From NCBI GenBank assembly GCA_963845565.1, contig CAWJSJ010000005.1, positions 224,001 to 288,000 of the forward strand: a DNA stretch of 64,000 nucleotides. Reading direction: 5' to 3'. Positions 10,390-20,384 of this stretch are shown piece by piece. Positions within the stretch are counted from its first letter, which is position 1; every line of letters begins with the position of its first letter. The notes under the pieces were generated by a model that had not been told where the DNA came from, made no database searches, and was given only the letters and a program-made list of their open reading frames with translations. The position numbers were made by a program, and so were the translations under genes. This DNA comes from an uncultured Methylomirabilota bacterium (GTDB lineage: Bacteria > Methylomirabilota > Methylomirabilia > Methylomirabilales > 2-02-FULL-66-22).

Positions 10390-11526
10390 GTGGGTCACAT
10401 ACGCCTCTTTGTCCTCATGGATGGTGTCGGCTGGAAGCACCTTCAAGAGACGGATTTCGCGACCCGGCTGTGCCCCTATCGCACGTCCCTCAAGACCATT
10501 TTGGGCTACTCCAGCGGCGCGCTGCCCACGATCCTGTCCGGGAGGATGCCGTCGGAGACCCGCCAGTGGGCCATGTGGTTTTATTCGCCGGCGACATCGC
10601 CGTTCGGATGGGCCGCCCGGCGCGTCCGGTACCCACGGATCGTGAAGCGACTCATGAAGATGAATCGGGATGCGATCGTGGCCGGCTTCAAAGAACGGAA
10701 CCACATCACCGGGTACTGCGAGACCTATCGGATCCCCGAAGAGATCCTTCCGTTGGTGGACACGTGCGCGAAACGCAGTTGGTATCTGCCGAAGGGCCTG
10801 GGAGAGGTCGAGTCCATCTTCGACGTCTGGACGCGCGGCGGAACCGACTACGAGGTTTCCGGGTACCCGACCTCCGATTTCCAGTCGCTGCTTCAGGTCG
10901 CTGAAGGGATTCGTCGCAACCCCAAGCCGGTCTACTTCCTCCACCTGTACGAGACGGACGCCTTTCTGCATGCCCGTTGCGGGGATGTGGAGGCTTTCCG
11001 GGCCGCGCTCGACCCCTACCAGCGGAGCCTGGAAGATATCTGTGCCCGGGCGCAGGCGGGCGGAGCGACCCTCGATCTCGTGATCTTCTCCGATCACGGC
11101 ATGACGCCGACGGCGGGCGAGTCCGACGTGATGCGCGAGATCGAGAGGCTCGGCCTTGAGATCGGACGGGACTATGTTCCGCTCTACGATTCGACCATGG
11201 CGCGATTCTGGTTCTTTGATCCGCAGGCCGAGGCGAGAACCGTGGAGGCGCTGCGAGGGTTACGGTGCGGGCGCGTTCTGCCGGAGGAGGAGCTGAGGCG
11301 GCTGGGATTGTTCTTTCCGGACTACCAGTTCGGCAAAGTGGTCTTTCTGATGAATCCGGGATGGATCATCAACCCCAGCCACATGGGGACGACCGCCCCG
11401 GCCGGCATGCACGGGTTCCATCCGGACGAAGACCCATGGGCCGACGCCATGCTGCTCTCGACGCGTCCCATCCCGGACCGCGTCCGGCACATCGCCGACC
11501 TCTTCGACCTTATGCGGCTGAGCTGA
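10390..11526 (+). CDS. Alkaline phosphatase superfamily (NPP-like) protein
   Basis: VLMDGVG, GYSSGALPTILSG, ETDAFLH, IFSDHGM, GMHGF. Confidence 0.8.
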   Translation: MGHIRLFVLMDGVGWKHLQETDFATRLCPYRTSLKTILGYSSGALPTILSGRMPSETRQWAMWFYSPATSPFGWAARRVRYPRIVKRLMKMNRDAIVAGFKERNHITGYCETYRIPEEILPLVDTCAKRSWYLPKGLGEVESIFDVWTRGGTDYEVSGYPTSDFQSLLQVAEGIRRNPKPVYFLHLYETDAFLHARCGDVEAFRAALDPYQRSLEDICARAQAGGATLDLVIFSDHGMTPTAGESDVMREIERLGLEIGRDYVPLYDSTMARFWFFDPQAEARTVEALRGLRCGRVLPEEELRRLGLFFPDYQFGKVVFLMNPGWIINPSHMGTTAPAGMHGFHPDEDPWADAMLLSTRPIPDRVRHIADLFDLMRLS

Positions 11527-11543
11527 GCACGGCGAGCGACGGG

Positions 11544-12377
11544 ATGATCACAGTCGGTTACCATCTCTCGGACCAGGAGATCGCGGCGGCGTATGATCGG
11601 TTCTCAGCGGACCTCTCCATGCCGCCGTACTTCTACCCGCACCTCGCACGATTCGTGGGCGCCGTCACCGGCCTGCGCGTCCTGGATGTCGGTTGCGGCA
11701 ACGGAACCCTCCTGCACCTGCTGGGCGAGGCCGGCGGGGTGGAGCTGTGCGGCCTCGAGATGTCGGCGGCGCTCTGCGAAACGGCGCGGCGAACGCTCGG
11801 CACCCGCGCCAGGGTCCATCGCGGAAACGTGCAGGCCGGTCTGCCGTTTGCACGCGCGTCCTTCGACCTCGTGATTCTCTCGGAGGTGATCGAGCACCTG
11901 CGGCGCCCGGACCTGGTCATTGGCGAGGTGAAGCGGGTGCTTGGAGCAGACGGGAGAGTCGTCGTGACGATGCCGAACGGATCGGCATACGATCCGTTTC
12001 TTTCCCGGGCACAGCGCCGGGGCGGGACGGGCAGGTGGCATGCCTTCCTTCCGTGGGAGCATCCCCGGAAGACGCGACAGCCGATCGATACGGTGTACTC
12101 GTTCGAGGAGATCCAGGCGCTTTTTCGGCACAGCGGCCTGCGGGTGACACGGATGCAGGGGCGAGAATCCTTCCCGTACGTCTGGGACTGGATGTACATT
12201 GAACAGCGACGTCCCCTGCGCGTCATACTGCGTTGGCTGGATCGGCTTCGGCCGCAGGCGGACCGAGTCCTGAATCGCCTGCGCACGTACCGGCGTTGCT
12301 ATCGATTGTTCATCGAACTGCGGACCACGGAAACGGGTCCAACGGCAAGAGCCGCGGACGATCCGTTGCTGCCATGA
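11544..12377 (+). CDS. Class I SAM-dependent methyltransferase
   Basis: VLDVGCGNG, LPF..SFDLV, EVIEHL. Confidence 0.85.
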   Translation: MITVGYHLSDQEIAAAYDRFSADLSMPPYFYPHLARFVGAVTGLRVLDVGCGNGTLLHLLGEAGGVELCGLEMSAALCETARRTLGTRARVHRGNVQAGLPFARASFDLVILSEVIEHLRRPDLVIGEVKRVLGADGRVVVTMPNGSAYDPFLSRAQRRGGTGRWHAFLPWEHPRKTRQPIDTVYSFEEIQALFRHSGLRVTRMQGRESFPYVWDWMYIEQRRPLRVILRWLDRLRPQADRVLNRLRTYRRCYRLFIELRTTETGPTARAADDPLLP

Positions 12378-12426
12378 TGCGGATTGGGCTCGGCACGCGC
12401 TGCCCTTCAGATATTCGGGGGGCGAT

Positions 12427-13713
12427 GTGACGACGACCGGCCGTACCGCACCGGCGCTTCGGATCCTGGTTCTGACGAACCTCTACCCGCCTTTCTACCT
12501 TGGGGGGTACGAGCTGGGGTGCCATGACATTGTCGAACACCTGAAGCGGCGGGGCCATACGGTGACCGTGCTGACCAGCACGCACGGTCTGACTGAGGAG
12601 CGTGCGGAGAAACATATACATCGGCGACTGTCGTTCCGCGCCGATCCGGATCGTCGCTCTTTCTGGGGACTGCTCCGAACCGAATGGAAAGAGCAGGTCA
12701 CGCTACGCCGGCTGTTTCGCGAATTCGCTCCCGATGTGGTATACGTCTTCAGCCTCTACGGAGTCTCCCACGGGCTGATGCTGGCCGCGCAGCGGACGAG
12801 CCGTCCCGTGGTCTACGCCTTCTCCGGGGAGTGGCTCGAACCGGCGTACCGGGGCGACCGCTGGCTTCACCTGTGGGCGAACGCTGCGACCGGCGGAATG
12901 AAACGGCACGCGAAGCGGACGCTCGGTCGCCTGCTGAATCGCGTCACGCCCGTCGGCCTCGAACCTCTGGACCTTCGTGGCGCCTACTTCACCAGCGCCG
13001 CTCTTCGGGGTCAGTATGTGTCCAAGGGGTTTCCCGTGGGCGACGCCCCGGTCATCTACTGGGGGGTCGACCTGGCGCGGTTCCGTTCCGGCACCCGCCA
13101 GGAGCACGGCCCGCCCCTGAAGCTGCTCTTTGCCGGTCGCATCTCGACGGTCAAAGGGCTGCACACGGCGGTGGAGGCATTGCATCTTCTGAAGCAGGAA
13201 GGAAACACCGGGGTCGTCCTGGATGTCGCCGGGCCGGCGCAGGAGCCGGCGTACCTCCGCGCTCTCCAAGAGAGAATCGGCCAGACGGGCCTCGCGAACA
13301 ACATCCGTTTCCTGGGAGAGATTCCCTGGAAGGACATGCCCAAGGTGTACGCGGACCACGATGTGTTCGTGTTTCCATCGATCTGGGAGGAGCCATTTTC
13401 GATCGGCCTCTTGGAGGCGATGGCCTGTGGTCAGGCGGTGGTCGGCACGACAACCGGCGGGAGCGCTGAGATTCTGGTGGACGGAGTCAACAGTCTGGTC
13501 TTTCCCCCGGGGGATCCCGGGCGGTTGGCCCAACAGGTGAAGCGGCTGTTCGATCTGCCGCTGCGTCGACGGATCGGAATGGAGGCGCGAAGGACAGTGG
13601 CGCGACGTTTCGAGATTACAGCCATGATGGACAAGATCGAGGCGTTTCTCCGAGAGGTCGTGACGCGGAGAGATGATGCGATCGACGGGGTCCGCGGGCG
13701 CGCGAAGCGGTGA
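12427..13713 (+). CDS. Glycosyltransferase family 4
   Basis: NLYPPFYLGGYE, FAGRI..KG, EPFSIGLLEAMACG. Confidence 0.9.
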   Translation: MTTTGRTAPALRILVLTNLYPPFYLGGYELGCHDIVEHLKRRGHTVTVLTSTHGLTEERAEKHIHRRLSFRADPDRRSFWGLLRTEWKEQVTLRRLFREFAPDVVYVFSLYGVSHGLMLAAQRTSRPVVYAFSGEWLEPAYRGDRWLHLWANAATGGMKRHAKRTLGRLLNRVTPVGLEPLDLRGAYFTSAALRGQYVSKGFPVGDAPVIYWGVDLARFRSGTRQEHGPPLKLLFAGRISTVKGLHTAVEALHLLKQEGNTGVVLDVAGPAQEPAYLRALQERIGQTGLANNIRFLGEIPWKDMPKVYADHDVFVFPSIWEEPFSIGLLEAMACGQAVVGTTTGGSAEILVDGVNSLVFPPGDPGRLAQQVKRLFDLPLRRRIGMEARRTVARRFEITAMMDKIEAFLREVVTRRDDAIDGVRGRAKR

Positions 13714-13764
13714 TCGCGCGCTTCTTTCGGCGTGAGAACTCCGGCCGACCGACGAACGGACAGG

Positions 13765-14613
13765 ATGAGCTATCGGCGATTCGAAGAAGGCGTACGGGAG
13801 TGGCTGAAGGAGGCATGCCGCCAAGGGCATCCTCTGGCCTCGTACTGGGTGCGGGATCACCTTCAGCGGGTAGATTTCGCCCGGCGGTTTCACCTGCCCC
13901 TGGCGCAGGAGTTCCTCGGGCTCCGTGGGGCCCGGGTCCTTGACCTTGGCTGTGGTACGGCCGGTACGGCCGTGGCGTTCGACCTGGCGGGCGGCCATAC
14001 CGTCGGGTTGGATCTCTCGTATCGCAAGCTCTCCTTGGGCGCGATCCGGGCGGCGGAGGACGGCGCCGCCCCACTCCTGATCCAGGCTGACGCGCGCGAG
14101 TTGCCGTTTCGCGCCGAGGCTTTCGACCTGTGCGTGTGCGACGTCGTCATCGAGCACGTGCACGATTACCCGGTGCTCCTGGCGGGGGTGCATCGAGTGC
14201 TCCGGCCGGCCGGGATTGCCATCGTCAGCGTTCCGCATCGCCTGGCACTTCGCGAGCCGCACACCGGGCTGCTGTTCGCCGCTTGGCTTCCTCACCGGTG
14301 GGCCGGGGCCTATGCGGCGCTGCGGCGTCGACGGATGCCTGGGGAGGCGTGGGACGTCTGGCTGGAACTGCCATGGACCATCCGTCGCCGATTCCGCGAG
14401 TGCGGCTTTTTGGAGGTCCGCAGTCCCTGGCGGCAGCCCCGGCGGCCGCCAGCCGAGCAGCGGGGTTTGCGGGGTTTGCTCGCGCGCATCCCGGCGCTCG
14501 CGAGCCTGGTTCGCGGGGTGTTTCGCTGGCGAAACTTCCTGTCGGGCAACCTGACCTTCGTGCTCGCGAAGCCGAGGCCCGACAGTGCACGATACGCCGG
14601 GGACGTCCCATGA
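13765..14613 (+). CDS. Class I SAM-dependent methyltransferase
   Basis: VLDLGCGTA, DARELPF, VIEHV, VLRPAG. Confidence 0.85.
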   Translation: MSYRRFEEGVREWLKEACRQGHPLASYWVRDHLQRVDFARRFHLPLAQEFLGLRGARVLDLGCGTAGTAVAFDLAGGHTVGLDLSYRKLSLGAIRAAEDGAAPLLIQADARELPFRAEAFDLCVCDVVIEHVHDYPVLLAGVHRVLRPAGIAIVSVPHRLALREPHTGLLFAAWLPHRWAGAYAALRRRRMPGEAWDVWLELPWTIRRRFRECGFLEVRSPWRQPRRPPAEQRGLRGLLARIPALASLVRGVFRWRNFLSGNLTFVLAKPRPDSARYAGDVP

Positions 14614-15644
14614 CGACAGTCGGGCGGATCAGATTGGTCGTGCGCCGGGCGCCGCACCATGCCGGCGCGTCGGGCTATGATCGCCTGGCAGAGTACCTGG
14701 GCGCCGAGGCCGGCGCGTCGGTCGTGAGGCATAAATTCCCCCCGCGTGGCACGTGGCGGCTGGCCCGCCCCTTTGCGCGGCGGGCAGGCCTGTCCTGGTA
14801 TGGGACGGATGCGTTTCTGACCGAGATCTGGGCCGCGGGCGCGGCGGCGCGGTCGGGCGGAATCGTGCACTTCCTGTACGGCGAGAACAGCTATCGGTAC
14901 GCTGCGGTCGTGCCGCGGGGCCGGGGCCGGCGCCTGGTGGCGACACTGCATCTGCCGCCCTCGGTTTTCGCCGAGTACGTTCATTCGGCGCGGCACCTGG
15001 AACGACTGGACGCCGTGGTCCTGGTGGCGCGGAGCCAGCTCGAAATCCTGGAGCGCCTGCAATCGAAACCGGCCGCCCACGTCATCCCCCACGGTGTGGA
15101 CGTGGAGTACTTCCGGCCCCCCGATACGGTCATGCGACACGAGAGATGCCTCTTCGTCGGACGATGGCTCCGCGACTTCGCATGCCTCGGGGCCGTGGTG
15201 GAAGGGGTGCATCGTGCCGCCCCCCGCGTTCGGTTCACCCTGGTGCTGCCGCCGGAACTGATGTCGGAGTGGTCGGGCCGGCCCGGGGTGGATGCGAGGT
15301 CGGGCGTGGATGACGCGGCGCTCCTCCGCGCGTACCAGGAATCCGCCCTGCTCGTCATGCCCCTGCGGGATACGACGGCCAACAACGCCGTGCTCGAGGC
15401 GATGGCCTGTGGCCTGCCCGTCATAGCCACCGACGTGGGAGGCATGCGCGACTACGTCGATCGGGACTGCGCCCGGCTGGTCCCCGCCGGAAACCCCGAG
15501 GCCATGACCGCGGGCGTTTTGGAGTTGATGCAGAATCCGGCGGCCCGGACGGCGATGGGGCAAGCCGCCCGGTCTCGCGCCGAGGTGTTTGCCTGGCCCC
15601 GCGTGGCAAAGCAGATCGTGGCGATGTACGAGGCGTTGACATGA
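14610..15644 (+). CDS. Glycosyltransferase family 4
   Basis: IPHGVD, TANNAVLEAMACGLPVIATDVGG. Confidence 0.85.
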   Translation: MTTVGRIRLVVRRAPHHAGASGYDRLAEYLGAEAGASVVRHKFPPRGTWRLARPFARRAGLSWYGTDAFLTEIWAAGAAARSGGIVHFLYGENSYRYAAVVPRGRGRRLVATLHLPPSVFAEYVHSARHLERLDAVVLVARSQLEILERLQSKPAAHVIPHGVDVEYFRPPDTVMRHERCLFVGRWLRDFACLGAVVEGVHRAAPRVRFTLVLPPELMSEWSGRPGVDARSGVDDAALLRAYQESALLVMPLRDTTANNAVLEAMACGLPVIATDVGGMRDYVDRDCARLVPAGNPEAMTAGVLELMQNPAARTAMGQAARSRAEVFAWPRVAKQIVAMYEALT

Positions 15645-16879
15645 GCGTGGCGCCCGGGGGGTGCGAGGGGGGAGTGAACGCCGAGCGGACGTCGGGGCAT
15701 GCCGTGCGAGTCTGTCTGGCGTCCGCGCTGTATCGTCCGGCAGTGGGGGGTGAGGAGCGGCACACAGAGCTCCTTGCCGGCGCTCTGACGCGCGCGGGAC
15801 ACAGCGTCTGCGTCGCAACGCAGCGGATCGCCGGCGCGCGGCGCAGGGAAACGACGGACGGGGTGCGGATCGAGCGCGCCATCCGCCCGATCTCCTTCGG
15901 CCCGTGCTTCGGTCCGAGCTATGTCGCAACCCTGGGGTGGTTTCTCCTTCGCCACCGCGGGGCGTTCGATATTCTTCAAGCCACTTACCTCTACTGGGAT
16001 GCGGTGGTCGCGGCCCTCCTGAAACCGGTGCTGGGGTCGCGGCTCGTCGTGCGGATCGTCATGGGAGGGCCGGGAGGCGACGCCGAACGGTTCCGCGGGA
16101 TGCGGTTCTGGCCACTGACGTCCCGCTTTGACGGCGCGACCCTTCGCCGTCTTGTGGCGCTTGTGATCCGGCGGGGGGACGCCTTCATCGCCCTCAATGC
16201 CGAGACGCGGGCGGAACTGCTGGAGCTCGGGGCTTCCCCCGAGAAGTGCCACGTGGTCCCCAATGGGATCGAGGTGGAACGGTTTGCGGGAATTACGGCA
16301 CCCGTCATCCGCGAGGGCCCTCGGCGCCTGGTGTGTGTGGCGCGGTTGGCCCAGCAAAAAGGCCACGACATCTTGCTCAGGGCCCTGCCGGCGGTCCGGG
16401 CAGCCGCTGGGCCGATCGCCCTCACACTCCTCGGCGACGGTCCGGAGCGGGCTGCCCTCCAATCGCTGGCGGCGGCACTCGGAGTGGCCGAGACCGTTCG
16501 GTTTGGAGGGGTCGTGCCGGATGTGGCGCCGTATCTCGCAGGCGCTGCGGCGTTCGTTCTGCCCTCCAGGTATGAAGGCATGCCGCTGGCCCTGCTCGAG
16601 GCGATGGCCGCCGGGGTTCCGGTGGTGGCCAGTGCCGTTCCGGGGAATCGTCAGGTTGTGCGAGACGGGGTGGATGGCCTCTTGGTCCCGCCCGAGGACC
16701 CCCAGGCCTTGGCCGCAGGGATCGTGAGGGTACTGACGGATCGTGCCATGGCCGCGCGGCTTGCAGCCACGGCACGCATCAGCGTGGCGAATCGTTATTC
16801 GGTGGGGACCATGGCGAACCGGACACTCGGGGTCTACCGGAGCGTCCTCACGGCCGGCGCGTCAAGCGCGCATTCGTGA
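15641..16879 (+). CDS. Glycosyltransferase family 4
   Basis: VPNGIE, ARL..QKG, EGMPLALLEAMAAG. Confidence 0.9.
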   Translation: MSVAPGGCEGGVNAERTSGHAVRVCLASALYRPAVGGEERHTELLAGALTRAGHSVCVATQRIAGARRRETTDGVRIERAIRPISFGPCFGPSYVATLGWFLLRHRGAFDILQATYLYWDAVVAALLKPVLGSRLVVRIVMGGPGGDAERFRGMRFWPLTSRFDGATLRRLVALVIRRGDAFIALNAETRAELLELGASPEKCHVVPNGIEVERFAGITAPVIREGPRRLVCVARLAQQKGHDILLRALPAVRAAAGPIALTLLGDGPERAALQSLAAALGVAETVRFGGVVPDVAPYLAGAAAFVLPSRYEGMPLALLEAMAAGVPVVASAVPGNRQVVRDGVDGLLVPPEDPQALAAGIVRVLTDRAMAARLAATARISVANRYSVGTMANRTLGVYRSVLTAGASSAHS

Positions 16880-16930
16880 TGCGTCCGACCGCACGCCGCC
16901 GGAGACATCCAGGCCCCTAGGGAGTCTGAC

Positions 16931-17896
16931 GTGCAACATGCCCGTGAGGGATCAGGCATCGCTCCGAACGACACACAGGCGCACCCTGTGCCATCCGATC
17001 GTCTCCTCCGTCTACTCGCCTGTCCGGTTTGCCGGGGCGGGGTACGATCGGACCCCAGAATCCCCGCGATCGTCTGCGACGCCTGTGGGGTGGGATATGC
17101 CATCGTCGATGGCGTTCCTATGATGGTGACGACCGCCTCCCAAGCGCTGCTGGATGGCGGGAAGGAGGCCGATCCCACCGCGGGGCTTCCCCGGCGGTGG
17201 TGGAGTGTCTGGTTCGGACGCCTCATGCAGGCGACCTCTTTCGGCGGCCCGACCTACGACCCGGGCCAAACGACGCGCATCCGCGCTCTGATCCGCACGC
17301 TGGGAGATGGGGCGAACATCCTGGATCTGGGTTCCGGAGGTCGGTGTTGGGGTCCGACGGTGATCGGGATGGACGTCGACCGGTTCCCGCACGTCGGTGT
17401 GGTAGGAGACGGGCACCGACTTCCCTTTGCCGACGGGGTCCTGGACGGGATCGTCTGCACGGGCGTCCTGGAACACGTGAACGATGCGGAAGCCGTCACC
17501 CGGGAGATCTGGCGGGTGCTGCGCGCGGGCGGGATGGCCTACGTCGCGGTTCCGTTCATGCAGGGGTATCATCCGGCGAGCGGAACGCATCAGGATTTCC
17601 GACGGCTGACTCATATCGGCCTGCAGGAGTTGTTGTCCGCCTTCGAGCGGGTGGACTTCGGAGTGTCCGGCGGACCCAGTTCGTCGCTGGCGTGGATTCT
17701 GCGCGAATATCTCGCGATGCTGTTCGTCGGGAGTGGCCGGCTCTACCAGGTGGCCTATGCCGTGAGCGGCTGGCTGACCTTCTGGATCAAATACCTTGAC
17801 CGGTTCCTCGCGCGTCGCACGACGGCGCACCGGATCGCGTGCGGATTTTATTTCCTGGGGCGCAAGCCGACACTGACGCCCCCCAAGGGCCCATGA
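16931..17896 (+). CDS. SAM methyltransferase with N-terminal Trm112-like Zn ribbon
   Basis: LACPVC..CDAC...YAIVDGVP; LDLGSG, DGHRLPF, VLEHV; start uncertain. Confidence 0.8.
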   Translation: MQHAREGSGIAPNDTQAHPVPSDRLLRLLACPVCRGGVRSDPRIPAIVCDACGVGYAIVDGVPMMVTTASQALLDGGKEADPTAGLPRRWWSVWFGRLMQATSFGGPTYDPGQTTRIRALIRTLGDGANILDLGSGGRCWGPTVIGMDVDRFPHVGVVGDGHRLPFADGVLDGIVCTGVLEHVNDAEAVTREIWRVLRAGGMAYVAVPFMQGYHPASGTHQDFRRLTHIGLQELLSAFERVDFGVSGGPSSSLAWILREYLAMLFVGSGRLYQVAYAVSGWLTFWIKYLDRFLARRTTAHRIACGFYFLGRKPTLTPPKGP

Positions 17897-19113
17897 ACGT
17901 TCTGATCGTTACGCCGCAGTTTCTGCCCGTGTTGGGCGGGGCAGAGCGTCAGGCCCATGCGCTGGGTCGGATGCTGGGCGCGCGGGGTCACCAGGTGGCC
18001 GTGCTGACCCGGCGGCTGAGCGGTCTGCCGCGGCGCGAGGTGTTGGGCGGCGTGTCGGTCGTGCGGGCCATCCGGCCGATCGAGTGTGGCCCTCTCTATG
18101 GGCTCACGTACATCCTCAGCGTGGGTCAATTCCTGTTACGGCATCGGCGCGAATGGGATGTGGTGCACATCACTCACATGTATCTGGACGCCGTTGCGGC
18201 GATCCTGACCCGGCGTGGGCACGGTCTGCCGATTGTGGTGCGACCCGCGTGCGCCGGGCATTTCGGGGACCTGGCGCGCCTGGCGCGTTTCCGGGCCTGG
18301 CCACTCTACCCTGGTCCCGGCGAGGTTGGCCTCCGAGTGCTCATCCGGACCATCGCGCGCGCGGATGCCTTCATCGCCAATAGTCAAGAGCTCTGCGAGG
18401 AGTTGCAGGCGACCGGTTTCCCCCCAGGAAGGGTCGTGCGCATCCCCAATGGGGTAGATCTGACCCGCTTCTGCCCGGATCCGGACGCGCGATCGGCGAC
18501 AGCGCGACGCCGTCTTGGGCTCCCCGCGGGCCCACTGCTGGTGTTTGCGGGACGGCTCGACCCGCAGAAAGGCCTGCACACTCTCCTCGGTGCGATGCAT
18601 TCTCCGGTGCTGGCGGCGGCAGGTGTCCGCTTGCTTCTGCTGGGTGATGGCCCGCAGCGCGCCGAACTGGCGCAGGCCGTTCAGCATGGCGGCCTGGCGG
18701 GTCGTGTGCAATTTCAGGGGGTGGTGGAGGACGTGGCCCCGTACCTGCGCGCCGGCGATATTTTCGCCTTCCCCACCCTGGGCGAGGGAATGCCGAACGC
18801 CCTCTTGGAGGCGATGGCCAGCGGTCTTCCCTGCGTCGCATCCGCCATCGGCGGATGCCGGGACGTGATCACGAATGACGAAACGGGACTCCTTGTGCCC
18901 GCGGGAGATGGGAGCGCATTTCAGGGGGCGCTGGAGAGGTTGGTTGAGTCCTCGGCGATGCGAGAGCGTTTGGGTGGGGCGGCAAGACAGGATGCCGTCT
19001 CTCGATTTGGCCTGGAGAGGATGGTGGACCGGTATGAGGCGTGTTACCGAGCTGTTATGGCCGGACACCCCGTCGGCTCAATCTCCGGCGAGGACCTAAG
19101 CGAGCAGCCGTGA
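17893..19113 (+). CDS. Glycosyltransferase family 4
   Basis: GGAERQ, IPNGVD, GRLDPQKG, EGMPNALLEAMASG. Confidence 0.9.
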   Translation: MNVLIVTPQFLPVLGGAERQAHALGRMLGARGHQVAVLTRRLSGLPRREVLGGVSVVRAIRPIECGPLYGLTYILSVGQFLLRHRREWDVVHITHMYLDAVAAILTRRGHGLPIVVRPACAGHFGDLARLARFRAWPLYPGPGEVGLRVLIRTIARADAFIANSQELCEELQATGFPPGRVVRIPNGVDLTRFCPDPDARSATARRRLGLPAGPLLVFAGRLDPQKGLHTLLGAMHSPVLAAAGVRLLLLGDGPQRAELAQAVQHGGLAGRVQFQGVVEDVAPYLRAGDIFAFPTLGEGMPNALLEAMASGLPCVASAIGGCRDVITNDETGLLVPAGDGSAFQGALERLVESSAMRERLGGAARQDAVSRFGLERMVDRYEACYRAVMAGHPVGSISGEDLSEQP

Positions 19114-20246
19114 AGATCTGTCTGGTGATCGCCAATTTTTGGCCCGGCTGGGGGGGTGCGGAACGGCAGTGTCAATTGCTGGCCCGGACATTGACTCGGC
19201 AGGGGCACCACGTCGTGGTGCTCACGCGGGGACAACGGGGACTGCCGGCCGAGGAGTGTATTGACGGCGTGTCCGTGCGACGGACACCGGCCTTTGGCCC
19301 GGGGGCGTTCCGGTCGCTGGTGTGGACATTCACGGCCGCGACGTGGCTTCGCCGCCATGCCCGGCAGTTTCCGATCGTCCAGTGCTATCAGTTGCTGTCC
19401 CCGAGCCACGTCGGAATCCTCGCCCGTCGTTCGGGCGGCCACGCGACGATCATGCGGCCTGCCTGTAGCGGCCCGTTCGGGGATATCGCTGAGGTGCGGC
19501 GTCTCCCGCTCACCGGAATACGCACGCGATTGCTCCGACGAGCCGATGCGTTTGTGACCCTGACCCAGGACATCGAAACCGAGCTGTTCGAATTCGGGCT
19601 GGGAGGTGTTCCATTCCATCGGATCCCCAACGGCGTGGATGTCGCGGTGTTTTCCCCGGTGGCCCCCGACGAGCGGGCGGCCCTCCGCGCCGCGTTGGGA
19701 CTGCCGACCGACAAAGTTCTCTGTGCGTTCGTCGGGCGCCTCACGCGTCAGAAGAATCCCGAACTGTTGTTGGCGGCCTGGTCCCGCTGCGCGACATCGC
19801 GGGCGCACCTTGTCTTTGTCGGGGATGGCCCACTGCGAGCGGTGCTGGAACGGCAGCACTCAGGCTTACCGTCGACGAGCGCCGTTACGTTCACTGGTGC
19901 TGTTGCGGACGTGCCGGCCTTCGTGCGGGCGATGGACATCATGGTGCTCCCGTCAGAGGCCGAAGGCATTTCGAATGCTCTGCTCGAGGCGATGGCGTGC
20001 GGCGTGCCGGTCGTGGCGACGGACGTGGGAGGGGTCCGCGATGTTCTGGGGAGCGCTGGAAGGGCGGGTGTGGTCGTGCCAGCGGGATCTTCTGCGTCCC
20101 TGGCTGAGGCGATTTCCGCCTTGGTGGACTCTCCTGCGCACCGACGAGAAATCGGGGCTGCCGCGCGCACCGTGATCGAAGATCGGTACGACATCAGGCG
20201 AGTGGTGACTCAATACCTCTCGCTGTATAGGGAGTTGGCGGGTTGA
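19110..20246 (+). CDS. Glycosyltransferase family 4
   Basis: GGAERQ, IPNGVD, EGISNALLEAMACG. Confidence 0.9.
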   Translation: MKICLVIANFWPGWGGAERQCQLLARTLTRQGHHVVVLTRGQRGLPAEECIDGVSVRRTPAFGPGAFRSLVWTFTAATWLRRHARQFPIVQCYQLLSPSHVGILARRSGGHATIMRPACSGPFGDIAEVRRLPLTGIRTRLLRRADAFVTLTQDIETELFEFGLGGVPFHRIPNGVDVAVFSPVAPDERAALRAALGLPTDKVLCAFVGRLTRQKNPELLLAAWSRCATSRAHLVFVGDGPLRAVLERQHSGLPSTSAVTFTGAVADVPAFVRAMDIMVLPSEAEGISNALLEAMACGVPVVATDVGGVRDVLGSAGRAGVVVPAGSSASLAEAISALVDSPAHRREIGAAARTVIEDRYDIRRVVTQYLSLYRELAG

Positions 20247-20384
20247 CGGATCCGACCTGGCTGCGACGGGCTCGCCCCGAACCATTCCGCAAGACGATGG
20301 CGCCAATCGGGGCGGGACGCATTCTTCGGTGGGGTTCGGGAGAGACGCTCCAGATGGACAGCGAAGGCGCGGGGGCCGTTTGAG

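Noticed and set aside
12703..15929. Long minus-strand ORFs (530 and 539 aa)
   Set aside because: Antisense shadows of GC-rich genes with no motifs
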